Assembly: GCA_951406725.2 (NCBI GenBank)
Contig: OX597816.1
Location: 177,878,001-177,942,000 of the forward strand
DNA: 64,000 nt
From: Octopus vulgaris
Taxonomy: Eukaryota
Direction of reading: 5' to 3'
The position numbers and the translations under genes were made by a program. This document shows positions 26,567 through 40,996 of this stretch, in pieces. The notes beneath the pieces are model-generated. The model was not told the DNA's origin. It ran no database searches and saw only the letters and a program-made list of their open reading frames with translations. Position 1 is the stretch's first letter. Every line of letters starts with the position of its first letter.

Positions 26567-26779
26567 ATACCTACCTATCTATCTATCTATCTACTTATCT
26601 GTCTATCTATCTATCGTTCTCTTTTTTTATTAAATTTTAGAGTAAATTTTGACCGATCACTTACTTGGTTGCAAGATTGTGGAGAAAAGTATTTTGCTTC
26701 ATCATCTTTTAAGTCTAAAGAAAGTCTTACAGATTTTCATAGTCCCAGATATCAGGATTATTTGTAACATATGAATTAA

Positions 26780-27200
26780 GAATTTGCCTTCTCTCCCCAA
26801 GATCCCACGTTCCGCCATAATTTGCTCCTGTCGGGTTCGTATGTGTCATGTTGCTCCAATAATAATAATAAGTATGTAGCTGAAAGTGTATCTTTGGTAC
26901 TGGATTTGCAAATACCTTATCAATTGTCCATAGATGTCCTCATTTTCTTGTATTCTCTAACCTCATCCGTGTCCTGAGGGCTATATATGTGAATAGGAGA
27001 CTGAAGCAACCGGGTCATTGATGGAGTATTCAAATGGATTACAAACTTGGTGTTGCATTGTTCCAGTTCACCTTGTAACCGATTGCAAGTGCTTCTGTTT
27101 TGTATTTTTAACCGTTTTACTGAAAATATCAGATATATCCACTCAAAATCTCATTACCCTTAACTGCAGAAAGCAATACCACTGTATATTTTGTTGAGGA
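26780..27200 (-). mobile_element. Fragment of an RLE-type (R2/R4-like) LINE endonuclease region
   Basis: Minus strand ENEDIYGQLIRYLQIQYQRYTFSYILIIIIGA resembles the K..KY..L...PIIIGALG RLE C-terminus. Confidence 0.45.
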
Positions 27201-27785
27201 ATGTCGTCTTTTAAACTTTTTTTTATGAGAGAAATGTCAAGTTTATTGAGGTCACTTGATTTGCAAATAATATCATTTTCTACTCTAGGCACAAGGCCCG
27301 AAATTTCGGGGGAGGGGCCAGTCTATTAGATCGACACCAATATGCAACTGGTACTTAATTCATCGACCCTGAAAGGATGAAAGACAAAGTCGACCTCGGC
27401 GGAATTTGAACGTAAAGACAGACGAAATACCACTAAGTATTTGAGATATGTCAAGTTTATTGATGTTAAGTGATTTGCAAAAAATGTGTTTTGTTTTTTT
27501 CCTGTAGATATTTAACATTATTACTGAATAACTATGAAATTAAATTTCGCAGTTAAAGTGTTAAAATCGCACTTTTGACAAATCCTTATTTTGCCATGTG
27601 AGATGTTTCTCTCATCCACTTCTACTTGCCGTTAACAAAGCATGAAGTGTGCTACTTAGAAACAGTTTTGCAGCTGCGGTAAGCTAATCCATCATGAATT
27701 GGTATGAAATATAGCACTTGAAAACAGTTACAGACAATAGTAGCGACTAAGTCTAATTGTGAGACTATAGTAGTTCTACTATTCT

Positions 27786-28870
27786 ATAAGGGCTGTACTG
27801 TAAGTAAAGAAAAATGGGTATGACTTTTTTTTATGAACAAACATAGGTCATTCAAATTGTTCATATCGGCAGAGTAACTCTTCTTCTTATTCTTTTTCAT
27901 TGCAGGCAAATAATGGGTTGCAAGCAGAAGCAACGAACCGACATTGAATTTTTGACAAAGGAGGGAGTGTGGGCTATCCGACATTCCTGAAAGTCTAAAG
28001 GTTCTTTACAGATAGATCACCGCTGACAAGAGCAATGTGCACAAACAGATAAAGTCTAAAGAAAGAGAAACAAAAACTGAAAAACCACGCAGTGGAAGAT
28101 AATCAATTGCAACCACTGACCCCAATCACCGACGACTGAACAAATTTATTCCCATTCGATGAGCTTGTCATAGAAGGGGACTGGGTTACAATGGATTATA
28201 GAAGATATTGAAAGGCTTTGGATATCAGAAAGTGTAAGCAAAGTTAATGGGCATCTCGACAATTGACACCCCATTTGAAATAAATAATGGTGAAAGTCTG
28301 CTCTGAGCTGCAGGAAGCGTTTGAAGCCAAAGGAGATAGGTCTTTTTTTTTTTTCATTTTTCGATCTGTTGGCAGGGTATAAAATGTGACTGCACATTTA
28401 GATCCAGAAACAAAGATTCAGTCCTTGGGATAGTATCATATCTCTTCTCTAAGGCCTTAGAAGTTCAAGAGTTAGCAATCAGTACAGAAAGTTATAGTGA
28501 CTATTCATTTTTATTTATTCATTTTCTTTGGATGACGAGAGCGGTATTCTTTCCTCTTTGATTTTCTGGAACGTGGCTGTAAACAGCGAGCGATGCATCG
28601 AGACTGCCTGGAAGCTTAGAGAAGCCACGAAGAGTAATATGTCGAACAAAGAACTGAAAATGAGCGACATTCACTATGACACTACGTGGCCACATATCTC
28701 ATTGACTACAAATCAGGAAAGAAGTGGGCGCAACAGTGCACACCGGATTTTTTCGAAGAGGATTCACGAATTTCATTCAATGATGGTGCAAATGCATTGC
28801 TTGTGGTATAGAATACGTTGAATAGCACCTTTGAATAGAGGAAGAGTTACCAACATGCGCAATCTGAACG
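27786..28870 (+). mobile_element. Decayed mariner transposon
   Basis: KQRTDIEFLTKEG (HTH start), LDPETKIQS, QKVIVT..FW-like, NSERCIET and HYDTTWPH (HDNARPH-like). Confidence 0.7.
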
Positions 28871-28964
28871 ACTTATATCAGTTTTAAAAAGGAGTCAGCC
28901 TGTCTTTGGTTAAATCTTTAGGTTAAATCCTCGTATTCGTAACAGTAATATTTCAAAGTAATTT

Positions 28965-29340
28965 CGGGAGAGATGAGTCGATTACATCGACCTCAGTGCT
29001 CGGCAGGTACTTATTTTATCAACCCCTAAAGGATAAAAGGCAAAGTCGACCTCGGCGATATTTGAACTCAGAACGTAGAGACAGACGAAATGCCACAAAA
29101 CATGTTGCACTAAACATTTTGCTAACAATTCTGCCAGCTCACTGCCCTGAGCATTCCTATAATATTGGTTTCAAATTTTGGCATAAGGCCAGCAAGTTCT
29201 GGGGAAGAAGTATGTCAGTTACAAAAACTCCAGTGCTCAACTGGTACTTATTCTATCGACCTCGAAAGGATGAAAGGCAAAATTGACCTCGGAGGAGTTT
29301 GAATTCCTAACGCAAAGTCGGAGGAAACGCCGCTAAAAAG
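28965..29340 (-). mobile_element. Two tandem diverged SINE family C copies (Nin/Deu-like domain)
   Basis: ggtactta..ttatcgacc..aaaggatgaaaggcaaagtcgacctcggc core, present twice. Confidence 0.7.
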
Positions 29341-29389
29341 GTAATTAAAACATTAAATATTTAATTTGTGAAAATATTTCGAAATCTTG

Positions 29390-29600
29390 TTTACTCTTTT
29401 ACTCTTTTACTTGTTTCAGTCATTTTGACTGCGACCATGCTGGAGCACCACCTTTAGTAGAGCAAATCGACCCCGGGACTTATTCTTTGTAAGTCTTGTA
29501 CTTATTCTATCGGTCTCTTTTGCCGAACCGCTAAGTGACGGGGACGTAAACACACCTGCATCGGTTGTCAAGCAATGCTTGGGGGACAAACACAGACACA

Positions 29601-29682
<82 letters not shown>

Positions 29683-29851
29683 TATACGACAGACTTCTTT
29701 CAGTTTCCGTCTACCAAATCCACTCACAAGGCATTGGTCGGCCCGGGGCTATAGCAGAAGACACTTGCCCAAGATGCCGCGCAGTGGGACTGAACCCGGA
29801 ACCATGTGGTTGTTTAGCAAGCTACTTACCACACAGCCACTCCTGCGCCTA
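29390..29851 (-). mobile_element. SINE family A
   Basis: Matches 16670-17086. Confidence 0.85.
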
Positions 29852-30935
29852 TGTTTGTTGAAAAATAATTAGATCTATTTTCCTACTAACATGAAGCATC
29901 TTAAAAATTATTTTTAAAAATTACACTCAATGAATTAATAAATAAATTGATTCCGAACAATTTCTTCATAACATTATTTTAGTCGTTCATAGGATTTTAA
30001 TATTCGATCAAACTGTAATTTCTCCACAAAAGCACAAATCATTTTAGAGAAGCGGAGATACAGTAAAAACATTGACTTCGATTTAAGCTGTGTTTCTATT
30101 TTGTATATAAATGTCCATTAGACAAAATAACAAAGGAGGGATAGATTTTTCTCTTGCGTTCCTCGAGGGACTGGAATGCCGCTGCTCTTCCCGAAATGTC
30201 ACATCCGATTCACTTGTCCATCATGACTACACTGCAACCAAAAACAAACAAAATGCTCATGGTTTGAATATGTGACACCATATTGATTAATGGAGAACTC
30301 TCTCGCGTTCTAAGATAAAAATATACAATGTTACGTCTCCCTTTGAGTAATCAAACCTTTGTATGAGTAAAGTTGTTAACAGTGAAGTTGTATTATTATT
30401 TATTTTGTTTTGCTTCTGAGTTAAATCCTCCTTAATTATAAGCTTTCTTGGCAATTTATTTTTGCAAAAGAAGGTGAACTGTGATTAGTTTGACTAATTC
30501 TTTGGTCGATGTTTCAATAGAAACCTGTGATTTATTTTAATTATATTTTAATCTCATTTCATGGAGATTAAATGAGCCAAGAAAACATTGAGTTACCAGT
30601 TCGCGAGGATTAGCTTACCATAAGATTGTTTGTAAGCTACAAACTTTGTTTTGTTAATAACGAGAAGAGGTGAATGAGGGAAACATCTCTCAAGGCAGAG
30701 CTCTGACTTGCCAAAAATATGGTTTTAAAAATAAAACAGAAATACTTGGAATCGGTCACAAGCAGAACTGAAGCAATGCAGAACCAAGAAATGCCTGTTA
30801 TCTATGCGAACAATAGTGCTTATTTAATAAGAACAAAACTGAATATCTCCTCCCTGTTAGACTGAATAATAAAATACACTTAGTAAATGGAAGCAAATAA
30901 ATACAATCTAAAATTCGCTCAGGTTTTATAGATAA

Positions 30936-31330
30936 CTAGCAGTATCGCCCGGCGTTGCTCGGGTTTGTAAGGGAAATAACTATATAAGCATTTTTAGAGA
31001 TGTAAAGTATAATAGCCATCTCAATATGGCTAACCACAAAGGGGGGGTGTTACTGTAGCTTTTTACGTTCTGAGATTTAATAATAAATTTTTAGAGAGCT
31101 ACTTCCCTTATATATGCCAAAAATGCATTAAAAATGGGGAAAATTGATGGTAATTTTTTTTTAAATCGTAGACTCATCGTAGACGCGCGCTAATACCCAG
31201 AAGGGCTCGATATGAATCACGACTATAAGATACCCGGTTTTGGTTAAACTGCACCGCAAAATGTGGAAGTAGTTAGGAATCTAAATCGTAGGAGACAGAC
31301 AGCACACAATCTCTCTTTTATATATAAAGA
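30936..31330 (-). mobile_element. Non-autonomous Helitron, family H1, variant internal module
   Basis: TC...hairpin CTAG ends on the minus strand at an A|T site. Confidence 0.85.
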
Positions 31331-32029
31331 TTATTCTTCATTTACGATTTACGATGGGATTCATGTTAGGCACTGGGCCTGTTGTGTGTAAATGCAAGTT
31401 TACACAGGTTTTGTGATCAGCACCAAACTGAAACTCGGCAGCAAAAAGAAATTGGCGCAACAGAGGGTTTTTGTACGCTTTTACTACAAAATAGTAGAGG
31501 AATCATTGCATATGGGTTGTATTTTCAAATCGAAAACGACGAAGAAATGAATGTAACACTATCCTTTCTATCTTTATTCATAATACGGAATGAAAGGAAT
31601 GTTCGAATAGAAAGAAAATCCCTGATTTACGGCTGGGTTCCTTTCTAGTAGTAACACTATTTTTCACAGTGAATGTAGCAGACTTATTGATACAAAACGC
31701 TTCGCCGTGAACAGTACGTCGTTTATTTAGCCACAGTATATTTAGGACTACATTATCTAATGTGACTTTTTCATTAGAGTTGAGTATAATTTGAAGGCGA
31801 TTTGGCTTCCATTTCTATAAGGTCAAGCGACCACGAAGTGGTTACTTTGTTGGTTCGTGTTAAATATGTAGAATAAAAAGGCATATGAATATATTTCAAC
31901 TGCGAAACCCAGATATGAAAGACATTTGAAATATTTAATATATAGGCGCAGGAGTGGCTGTGTGGTAAGTAGCTTGCTAACCAACCACATGGTTCCAGGT
32001 TCAGTCCCACTGCGTGTCCTTGGAATATG

Positions 32030-33300
32030 AGCGCTCTGCAGATGGCCAGCTTTACGTCGACGATTTACAATATCGGCCCAGACAGAAGCGCCTCAAAATT
32101 CAGAATGTGTTGCTAGTGTGATGTACACAATATAAGAAAGTAGGATTTATCATAACCCGTACGCTGAACTATAGAAAATAGACACTTATTAGAGTTCAAA
32201 TATAGACGCGTGCACTCGGGCAGGATACAGATTCCCATAGATATAAACGGCACTTCAGGTGGGTCATTTACATCACGTGTCGTGACCCATCATGACACCT
32301 GACGTCCAACAAGTACTGAAATGGCCATTGTGCTTATTGGTGAAAATGGAGCTTCCCACGAAACTAGAAATTTTATAATTCACCCAAGAAACGTCCCACG
32401 AAGAAGGTTTCATTTATGCTGTACCATCTTGATCTAATGTGTCACCCTCTTTTATTTTTCCATCGTAAGCTTGGTGCCATAACGATATGCGACGTTTTGA
32501 AGAACAACAAACTGGTGTTCGAAATAATGTGATTATACAGGAGTTCCGTTGTTATTGTTTTGCGTATAGAAGCGGTCTCTTGTGATTCGAAGGGCAGGAA
32601 AGCCTATCAAAAATACTTAGTCGACATATACATCAAGGATGAAAGATCCCGTTTACAATTCGTAAAGAAAAAAACAATTTCAGTTGGGAGTTGAATACTA
32701 CAATGGGTTGATTGATTAACATTGCACCGTGAGAACATAGGAATTTAGAACCTGAAACAGCAATCATACTTTCTTTTCCATTCATTGGAAGCCCACGTAA
32801 CTACTTTCAAGATATCATTGTAATGGTAGAGAAATATCGACCTTTTTCCAAAATGCTTACAAATAATAATCAATCTAAAAAGACGTGAAACTGAAATCGG
32901 CCAGAGTTAAAAGCTAGCGCCACGAAACCCGATTTTCCGAGTTACAGAATGATGTAAAGAAGAAGCATGTTTTAAAACACCAGTAGCGAACTTTCAAGTG
33001 ATAGAATTTCAGAAATTAGGTTTTTCACATTTCCATATTCCAATTATTCTTTAAGATGAAGATAAAGCAAAAAATCAAGGAGATATTTACATATTAGTCT
33101 CCGTAGAAATTTTTGAATGGAAACGAAGTTAGGCAAGAACATAAACCTGTGAAGAAATTTAAAATACAAGGACTCTGTGGTGCTCACTATACACCATTTT
33201 CTTGCATAGAAAATGAATCATATCAAAATAAATTTCCCTAAAAGCTCCCCCAGAAGAACCTGTTTAAAATGTATATATCCTAGATATCGCCGATGCAATA
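32030..33300 (+). pseudogene. Decayed Helitron Rep (HUH endonuclease) region
   Basis: PTSTEMAIVLIG, QKYLVDIYIK.ERSRLQF, FIGSPRNYFQD, VIEFQKLGFSHFHI (HUH), QGLCG and YPRYRR in order. Confidence 0.75.
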
Positions 33301-35465
33301 GCTGAGTTTGTGTGCAAATTAGATGCTATTCAATTGATAATCGCTATGCGGTACCATTTAATAGTATTTCTTAAAGTTGATTTCGTGAAAAAATTTGGTG
33401 GTTTCTCGAGATAGGATAGAGTGGGTATAAAATTCAACACCGATTTTTCTTTTCTTTTGTATGTATTTTGTATGTATGTATTCTCGCTTGTATTACTTAA
33501 GGTCTTATAAAAATTAGAATGACAGTGGTTGTTCGTAAAATGTAGATACCAGTACCCCATTATTGCTTTGGCGGGTAATGGTGGAATCAGAAGGGTTTTA
33601 CAGCAAAGTAAAAGATCGGCAATCATATAACGCATCTCTCTGCTGGAAAAGTATCGCCGTCATATTTATCGTGGTATAGTTTTGTCTAACGCGCCTGCTA
33701 GCATTACACTGGCTGTTAATAATAACGCATCGAAATTCGTACAGTGGATTTGAACTCACCTTCCATCAACAGGCATTATCCATTCAGTTGTTGTGACCCT
33801 ACAATTTATAATGGAAGTGCTAATTATAGCTATTAATATACAATTTATATCCCTGTATTGTTGACGTTTAGCCCAAATTCAGTCTTTACTGCGCAGATCT
33901 ACAATCAAGCGTTCCAGCTCTGACCATCGCCTCTTTCTATATGTCGAAGATTACGTTATTCTATAAGCGACTCCAGTTTTAAGTTAGTAGATTTTCAGGT
34001 TTAAGAGAAATTTGTCAGCTATTTCAACCACCGCTCAAAACAGGCATGAACAATTTTTCGGGAATCGGTTCACATCATACGTAGCTCATCATTTGGCGGG
34101 CCACACTACCAAAAGAAAGTCAAGGTAATGCTTTCGTTACGCGGAGCCGCGAGCTGCTATTTGCCCATGACTGACATAAAGACTCTATCATTGGCTTGTT
34201 CGTAAATGCCCTCCGTATAGTGTATTGGTTAGAGAACAAGAATTAGCCGCTAAAGCACCAGATAGAATTCAAGTCACACCGAAGTTAACCTTGTCTTTCA
34301 TACTTTGAGTCGCTACAATATAATACCAATCGGCTTCGGGGGTAGAGGGAACTGACTGACCCTATCCCCTCAAATTTTCTGGTTTTATGCTTAAACTAGA
34401 AACTATACACTGAATCGATTTGGTAAGTTTGGTAAGCGCCCCATATGTCATAAATGTTGAATCTTCGCCTCCGACGAATCAAAGATACATATAAGAACAT
34501 GCCTTATGCATTATGTTTTAATGTTAAATCGTTATTTGATGGAAAAGGTATAGCGACCATGACTAGTGAGTCATTGAGGATAAGCTTAATTTCAAGTCTA
34601 GGAAGAAATTTAGTAATGAGTGGTAGACATAGTCAATAGTACAGTTTAAGACCTGGTACCTTTAGATGCTTTAGCAGAGTCCAGTGTATTGGAAGCGTTC
34701 GGGCAAGGTCTATGGTTTGAAGACCCTTTCTTCTCTCCTTCTACCAATCTCGGAGACCCTATAATGGCACGTGAGCACATACAGGTAAAAAAACATTATT
34801 TTGGTGATTGGAAAGGTGTTCGAGGTAAGTTACACTGCCGCGTGAAAAGGGTGGAAAATTTTATATGGGTATTGAGATCACAGGGAGTAGTCGGGGTGCG
34901 ATAGATTGCCCTATTTCATAAATATTTTCCAAGTTTATTGTGTACGAATCGGCGGCGAGCTGGCAGAATCGTTTGCGCGTCAGATAAAATGTTTAGCAGT
35001 ATTTCTTCCAGCTCTTTATGTCCGGAGTTCAAATCTTGCAGTGGTCAACGCTACCTTTCAACCATTCAGAGTCGATACAATAAAGTACCAGCAAAGTACT
35101 GCGGTCGTTATGATCTAACTGCCTTCCACTAAAATTGTTGGCCTTCCAAGTATTGTTTTGACATTCCGTAGTTTATTGATAAAATGGCTTATGTGAAAAT
35201 AGTGTTTTAATAGTGATCAACCTATCGATAGTAGTTTATGAGGTGTCTTGAATTTTATTTTAACTTTTTAATGTAAGTTTTATGAGTTGGAATGATTTAA
35301 TTGACTGCTTAAATAGCAAAATATAAGCTACACTATAAGGGGAACAACTCTTGTCTTTATATTCAATTTTATGTATATGGGGAGGCTTTAAATAAATTTA
35401 ATTGTTCGATAACGGCTGACCGAGTCATTGATCACTTGTGATTGGTGGGATGGTAAGGTGAGGTG

Positions 35466-35683
35466 AGGCGAGCTGGCAGAAACGTTAGCACGCCGGGCGA
35501 AATGCGTAGCCGTATTTCGTCTGCCGTTACGTTCTGAGTTCAAACTCCGCCGAGGTTAACTTTGCCTTTCATCCTTTCGAGGTCGATTAAATAAGTACCA
35601 GTTACGCACTGGGGTCGATATAATCGTCTTAATCCGTTTGTCCTCTCTGTGTTTAGACCCTTGTGGGTAGTAAAGAAATAGGT
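35466..35683 (+). mobile_element. SINE family C (Nin/Deu-like domain) with ~19-bp TSD
   Basis: Core gccgaggttaactttgcctttcatcctttcgaggtcgattaaataagtacc. ggtaaggtgaggtgaggcg at 35452 and 35681. Confidence 0.85.
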
Positions 35684-36564
35684 AAGGTGAGGTGAGGCGT
35701 TTAAAGTTATAATGTTGAATTACGCAGTTTGAACATGTCATAAAGTTATCATTTAGCAGGAAGGAACTTAACTGAAGTATTTTTATTTTATTTTCAACAC
35801 CTAAATTCAAATATTGCTGATCTGCAAAACAAAGCATTGAATAAACACAGTTACCGAAAATAAATAAAACAATAAAATAAATAAAACAATAAAATAAAGC
35901 ATTACAACTTTTAAATATCTCTTAACTATTGATGGACTCTTCCGTCGGTTCTGACGTCTCAGTGTCCAGTTATTCGATCGTGTAAAGTGGCCGAACATTC
36001 CGTAGACATACTATTCGCTGAATCAACTTGACACTGTATGACAAGGATACAATCCATTTGACAGGCTTCTATACAGTTTCTTTCGCTGGAAATTCATTCA
36101 CACGTCATCAGTCTCCCCGAGGTTATGGTAAAAGCACTTGGTCAACATACTACGCAGCGAGATCGAACACGAGACTTCATGATTGCAAAGTGAACGTCTT
36201 AACCACATGTAACCTACGTCTAGTGACTCTGGCGCTTCTTCGACCATAAATTTTCCTAAGTTATACATGAAACAACATTTTCTACAGTCCAGTAGTAATT
36301 GTGCTTAACCAATATTGAGTGCTGCGAGACATTCGGAATATATTGCAAAAATATTAAGAAATAGCTGGAGCTCACTATTAAGGGGCTCGGTGTTGGTTAT
36401 TTGTGAGTATTTAAAATTGAAAATGAATTCTACTTGTAATTTGATATGATATTTGAGTTGAAATTCTGCCTAGTTCATCTTTGCCTTTCAAACTTTTGCG
36501 GTTGATAAAATATGTAATCAACTAGCCTCAACCCTCCCTAAAACTTCAGATTTTGTGCCTGTAT

Positions 36565-36912
36565 AGCTTCTTGCTTACTTCCATGCACTTGCTTGATGGG
36601 GCTGGGTTCATCCCAGGTTAGTGGTTTTAAAGACGTCCTCATTCATAGAGCCGACTAGGTCCACCAGTGCTCTCCACAGCTGCTGTGTGGAAGGAGAGTA
36701 AAGCCCTGGTAGGATGATCTAGCGGGAGACGGAAGACATGTCCGTACCAGTGCATGTGACGGATAGTTATGAGGTGGGAGGCTGTGGGATAATGCGTGTG
36801 CGCACGCAGTTTTTATTAGAAACGTGGTGGTATCATCTGATCTTCTTGATGGTTCTCAGAGATTTGTTATCGAAGTCATCGATCCTCTTTGCCACGGTTT
36901 TTGAGGGTGGTG
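36565..36912 (-). mobile_element. RTE-clade LINE 3' fragment
   Basis: Minus strand KRIDDFDNKSLRTI..I.W.HHVSN...HWYGHVFRLPLDHP. Confidence 0.7.
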
Positions 36913-38033
36913 GAGCTATAATAGAAAGAATATAAGAGAATATTTGAGCTACCATTAGCTTATGTAGGTGTAGAATCACAAGAGATGAAAGGAAATTCAT
37001 TGACTTATTGTAGGAACTGAACTGAGAGATTGATACATCACTATATAGATGTTAGATAATAATGTACAGTGCATCTCATAATGATGGGACACATTTTAAA
37101 CGGAAGCAACTTGGACTGAAATAAACATGGGCGAATATCTACGAACTTACATTAAATTACAAATATAATGTGATACCCTGTGTATAGCGGTATATGAGCA
37201 GAGCTTTAGATAAGAAGATAGTTTTAAAAAGCAGCAGTTTCAATAAGCAACTACTCAGTACCCAAGGGAGAACCCTACCCTGTCTCCTTAAAATATGCGA
37301 TATTGAAAATGAGCAGTTAAATGGGCAGCGAGTTTATATAACTTATTCCCAATTATCTTCAACTTTGTCGGGGTTCAATTTGGAATCATCAAATAAATAA
37401 ATAAATAATAAAAGCAGTGATACAAATCCACTCAGTTCTTGATTTTTCATCGCCTATATATAAGAAAATAAGAGATGATAAGATTTTTCATCAGATTTAA
37501 CAAGGCCATAAAGTAAACGACCAAGAAAATAAAACTTATGGAATACACTGGTAGATGAAATAGTAAGAAATTCTAGTACTTTAGAGGGGTAAAATCCAAG
37601 ACATCTACTTCTTAATTCTACCTCACAGAGTATCAAAGTTTTTTTCTGATGCATATTAACCTCCATTTTATGAATTGTCGTTAACAACAATCACTCACTT
37701 AACTTTCTAATTCATTTCTATTACCTTTCCTCATCAGTCATAATGAATTAAAATGTTATAACGCAGAAAACTATATGGTACATCATTATATAATTTTATC
37801 GGGGTTTTGATTATTTTCAACTGATATGTAGCTCACCTTTCTCCACACACGTAAATATTTATTTTTTCCTTTTTTTTTTTTGAATTTTGCATCAACACAC
37901 TCAGCAATCGAAGCGAAACAACTCTGAATATACGAAAATATGAGTTCCTAAGTTATTTCCCTTGAAAATTATTTACACTATGTATGTGTATATATATTGC
38001 ATTTAATAGTGTATAAAACGACGTTTTTTTTTT

Positions 38034-38535
38034 AATAATAATAATAATAATGAAATTATTGTATACAGTGCTCAGGTGCACCACAACTTGTCAGAAAGTG
38101 CACATAAAGTACATGCAGTAATGTAAAAATGTCTGGAAAGTGAACAGTGTATGAGTCAGATACATGCCTGTGTGTGTATGGAGGGGAGAAAATCAGGTGT
38201 AGTGTTGGCGAATCTCAGAAAGCATGGAAGTTTTGAAGGATGCAGTGCTCCGACAACTAACAACCGATGCCGGCAGTTTGTTCTACGCTTCAGCAACTCT
38301 CAGCGTGAAAAAATGTTTCCAAAAGTCATGGGAGCTGTGCTGTTTTCTGACTTTGTAAATATGTCCACGGGTGTTAGATGGGTGGAGTTTGAAAAGGTGC
38401 TCAGAGTTATTGTTTGTACGATGGTTGATAATTTTATGGGTGTCTGCCAAGCCAGCTGCCAGACGTCGGTGTTTCAATGTGTCCATGTACCCAAAGATTC
38501 TCCAGCGTCTAATTTGGTTATATTATGAATACGAA
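38034..38535 (-). mobile_element. CR1/L2-clade LINE 3' end with (TTA)n tail
   Basis: MDTLKHRRLAAGL..THKII...NTRGH.YK...KHFFTLRVAEA.NKLP.SVV. Confidence 0.8.
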
Positions 38536-39039
38536 ACCGAGCGTCATAGATTAGGATTCCAAATGAGTATAAGTTCCATGGCAACAATATTGAAAGCAAG
38601 CCAAATTTTTACACCCTGTTAGCACAATCTTCAGAAAGCAATCCCTTGCAGAGCCTTGGCGGTTATGACTGAAGGTCTCGCCTCTCTCTGTACCTCTTTC
38701 CCTTGTGCACCTGATATATATACACCTGATTTAATGACTTCTTTACTTTGAAGAAATATGTTTTATCTCATTTGTGTAACAAAAATATATATGTATTCCT
38801 CGAAAACGGTCGGTTTTCTGCGAAGAGTGAACAACGAAATCGTGGCAGTGATGAGCCACCTTCGTGGATGATCGTGGAAACGGAAAATATCAGCTCAAGA
38901 AATACGAACTTCAAATGCTGAGTGGTAGTCTCCTGACAGCTTGGGGGAGTGTCTTCTACTATAGCCTCGGACCGACCAAAGCCGACCAAAGCCTTGTTGA
39001 TTTGGTAGATAGAAACTGAAAGAGACAATTCGTGCGGTG

Positions 39040-39437
39040 AAACCACACCTCATCCCCTGCTTCAAAGAAAGCAACGGTCGTTTCCTCAGCACAGAAGGCG
39101 ATGCACTCAGTTTTCTTTTTTCGGACGCAAAAGGCATTGTGCTTATTGGTTATCTTCTTACGAAAGGCTACGAAGACGAGCACCCAGGAAAACTAATTAA
39201 AGGGATCTTGATTCACCAGGACAATGCTCCAGCACACACACCCAGGGATTCAGTGGCTGCTGTACGTGAGGGTGGTTTTGGTTGATTTTCCTCCCTACTC
39301 TCCTGATTTGGCCCCATCTGTTCCCGAACATGAGAAAACACTCGACTGAGAAAAGGATATGGCAGTGATGATGACCTCATATCTACCGTTGATAACTTTT
39401 TTGACGAATAGGATGAAAGTTTCTTCAGCATAAGGAT
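39040..39437 (+). mobile_element. Mariner transposase C-terminal fragment
   Basis: DAKGIVLI, HQDNAPAH, PYSPDLAPS, DESFF..GI. Confidence 0.8.
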
Positions 39438-39625
39438 CGGTATTTCGTCTGCCGCTACGTTCGGAGTTCAAATTCCGCCGAGGTCGACTTTGCCTTTCAT
39501 CCTTTCGGGGTCGATTAAATAAGTACCAGTTACGTACTGGGGTTGATATAATCGACTTAATCTGTTTGTCTGTCATTGATTGTCCTCTCTGTATTTAGTC
39601 CCTTGTGGGTAGTAAAGAAAGAGAT
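39438..39625 (+). mobile_element. SINE family C, 5'-truncated
   Basis: Matches 35510-35680. Confidence 0.8.
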
Positions 39626-39918
39626 ACATGTACATAGGCACGCGCGCGCATATACACACATATGCTCATTAAAGATGTGTTAAATTTCTTTATCTTTTTA
39701 TTTAGATTATAATTTACTCTTCGCCAAACCCCAATTACGGTGTCGCCGTCGTGAAACCGGGATTTTCTATGCTTAAAGAATTCCGGCATTCGTCTGGAAC
39801 ACGACAGTGTTGACAGCCCAGTATTCAGGTTGCGTGCTTCTCTAGAAATACCCTATCTTTACACCATACCAGGACCCAAGATTGTTTTGCTCAAATCTAA
39901 ATATACACTTGGTATATT

Positions 39919-40006
<88 letters not shown>

Positions 40007-40070
40007 CATATATTAGTGACATCCTGTACCCATATATGCATGTGTATATGTGTATATATATATATGTGTG

Positions 40071-40110
<40 letters not shown>

Positions 40111-40174
40111 TAATTAACAGAATGAGATAAAAAAAACCAAGGCTGTGAATAGTTTTCAGAACATTTATAAAGAG

Positions 40175-40222
40175 ATCTTACAGCTGTTTCCGGGATATTT
40201 TATATATCCCTTCATCAGAGAT
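40175..40222 (-). ncRNA. Minimal type I hammerhead ribozyme in a short repeat (~40112-40345)
   Basis: ATCT-CTGATGA-A-GGGATATataaaATATCCC-G-GAAA-CAGCTG-TA-AGAT, with palindromic stem III. Confidence 0.8.
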
Positions 40223-40359
40223 GGTGCGAGAACATGGTTAAGTAATAATTATTGTAGAGAAGATATGAAATACAGAGTGGAGGAAAGAAAACAGACGTGA
40301 GATATGCAAGGATATTGTATTTGCAGTATATGTAAGTTTCTTGTATGTATATATATATA

Positions 40360-40656
40360 TCTTTATATATAAAAGTCAAGTTGTGTGTCTGTCTCATACG
40401 ATTTAGATTCCTAGCTACTCCCACATTTTGCGGTGCAGTTTAACCAAAACCGGGTATCTTATAGTCGTGATTCATATCGAGCCCTTCTGAGTATTAGCGC
40501 GCGTCTACGATGACTGTACGATTTAAAAAAAAATTTACCATCATTTTTTTCCATTTTAATGCATTTTTTCGCTATTATATAAGGGAAGTAACTCTCTAAA
40601 AATGCTTATATAGTTATTTCCCTTACAAACCCGAGCAACGCCGGGCGATACTGCTA

Positions 40657-40657
<1 letters not shown>
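40360..40657 (+). mobile_element. Non-autonomous Helitron, family H1, short form
   Basis: TC start, hairpin plus CTAG|T end. Confidence 0.85.
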
Positions 40658-40706
<49 letters not shown>

Positions 40707-40743
40707 ATCAAAATAAAAATAAAAACATGAGGCGAAGGATTCA

Positions 40744-40821
40744 GCGGTACATATGTTTCGGGCCTTTATTAGACAGATTTATAACAAAGCATAATGTATG
40801 TCTGTGGCCTTCTTCAGCCGC
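40744..40821 (-). ncRNA. Type I hammerhead ribozyme with extended stem II, in a (TA)n-flanked repeat (~40703-40963)
   Basis: GCGG-CTGAAGA-A-GGCC...GGCC-C-GAAA-CATATG-TA-CCGC. Confidence 0.8.
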
Positions 40822-40996
40822 GCACAACAGCTTCCACAAGGACATGTGTTACATCAAAAATTCTTGGTTGGGGATGCAAATCCTCTCGTTCACGTACGAC
40901 ATAATGCGGCAGCAGCATAGAATTGAAGCGTCCATCTCTTTCTTCTCTCAATGTAGAATGAGAATATATATATATATATATATATGCGTACATGTA

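Noticed and set aside
30120-30250. Possible minus-strand exon after the acceptor-like gtttgtttttggttgcag
   Set aside because: Stops in all frames soon after the acceptor, and no partner exon identified.
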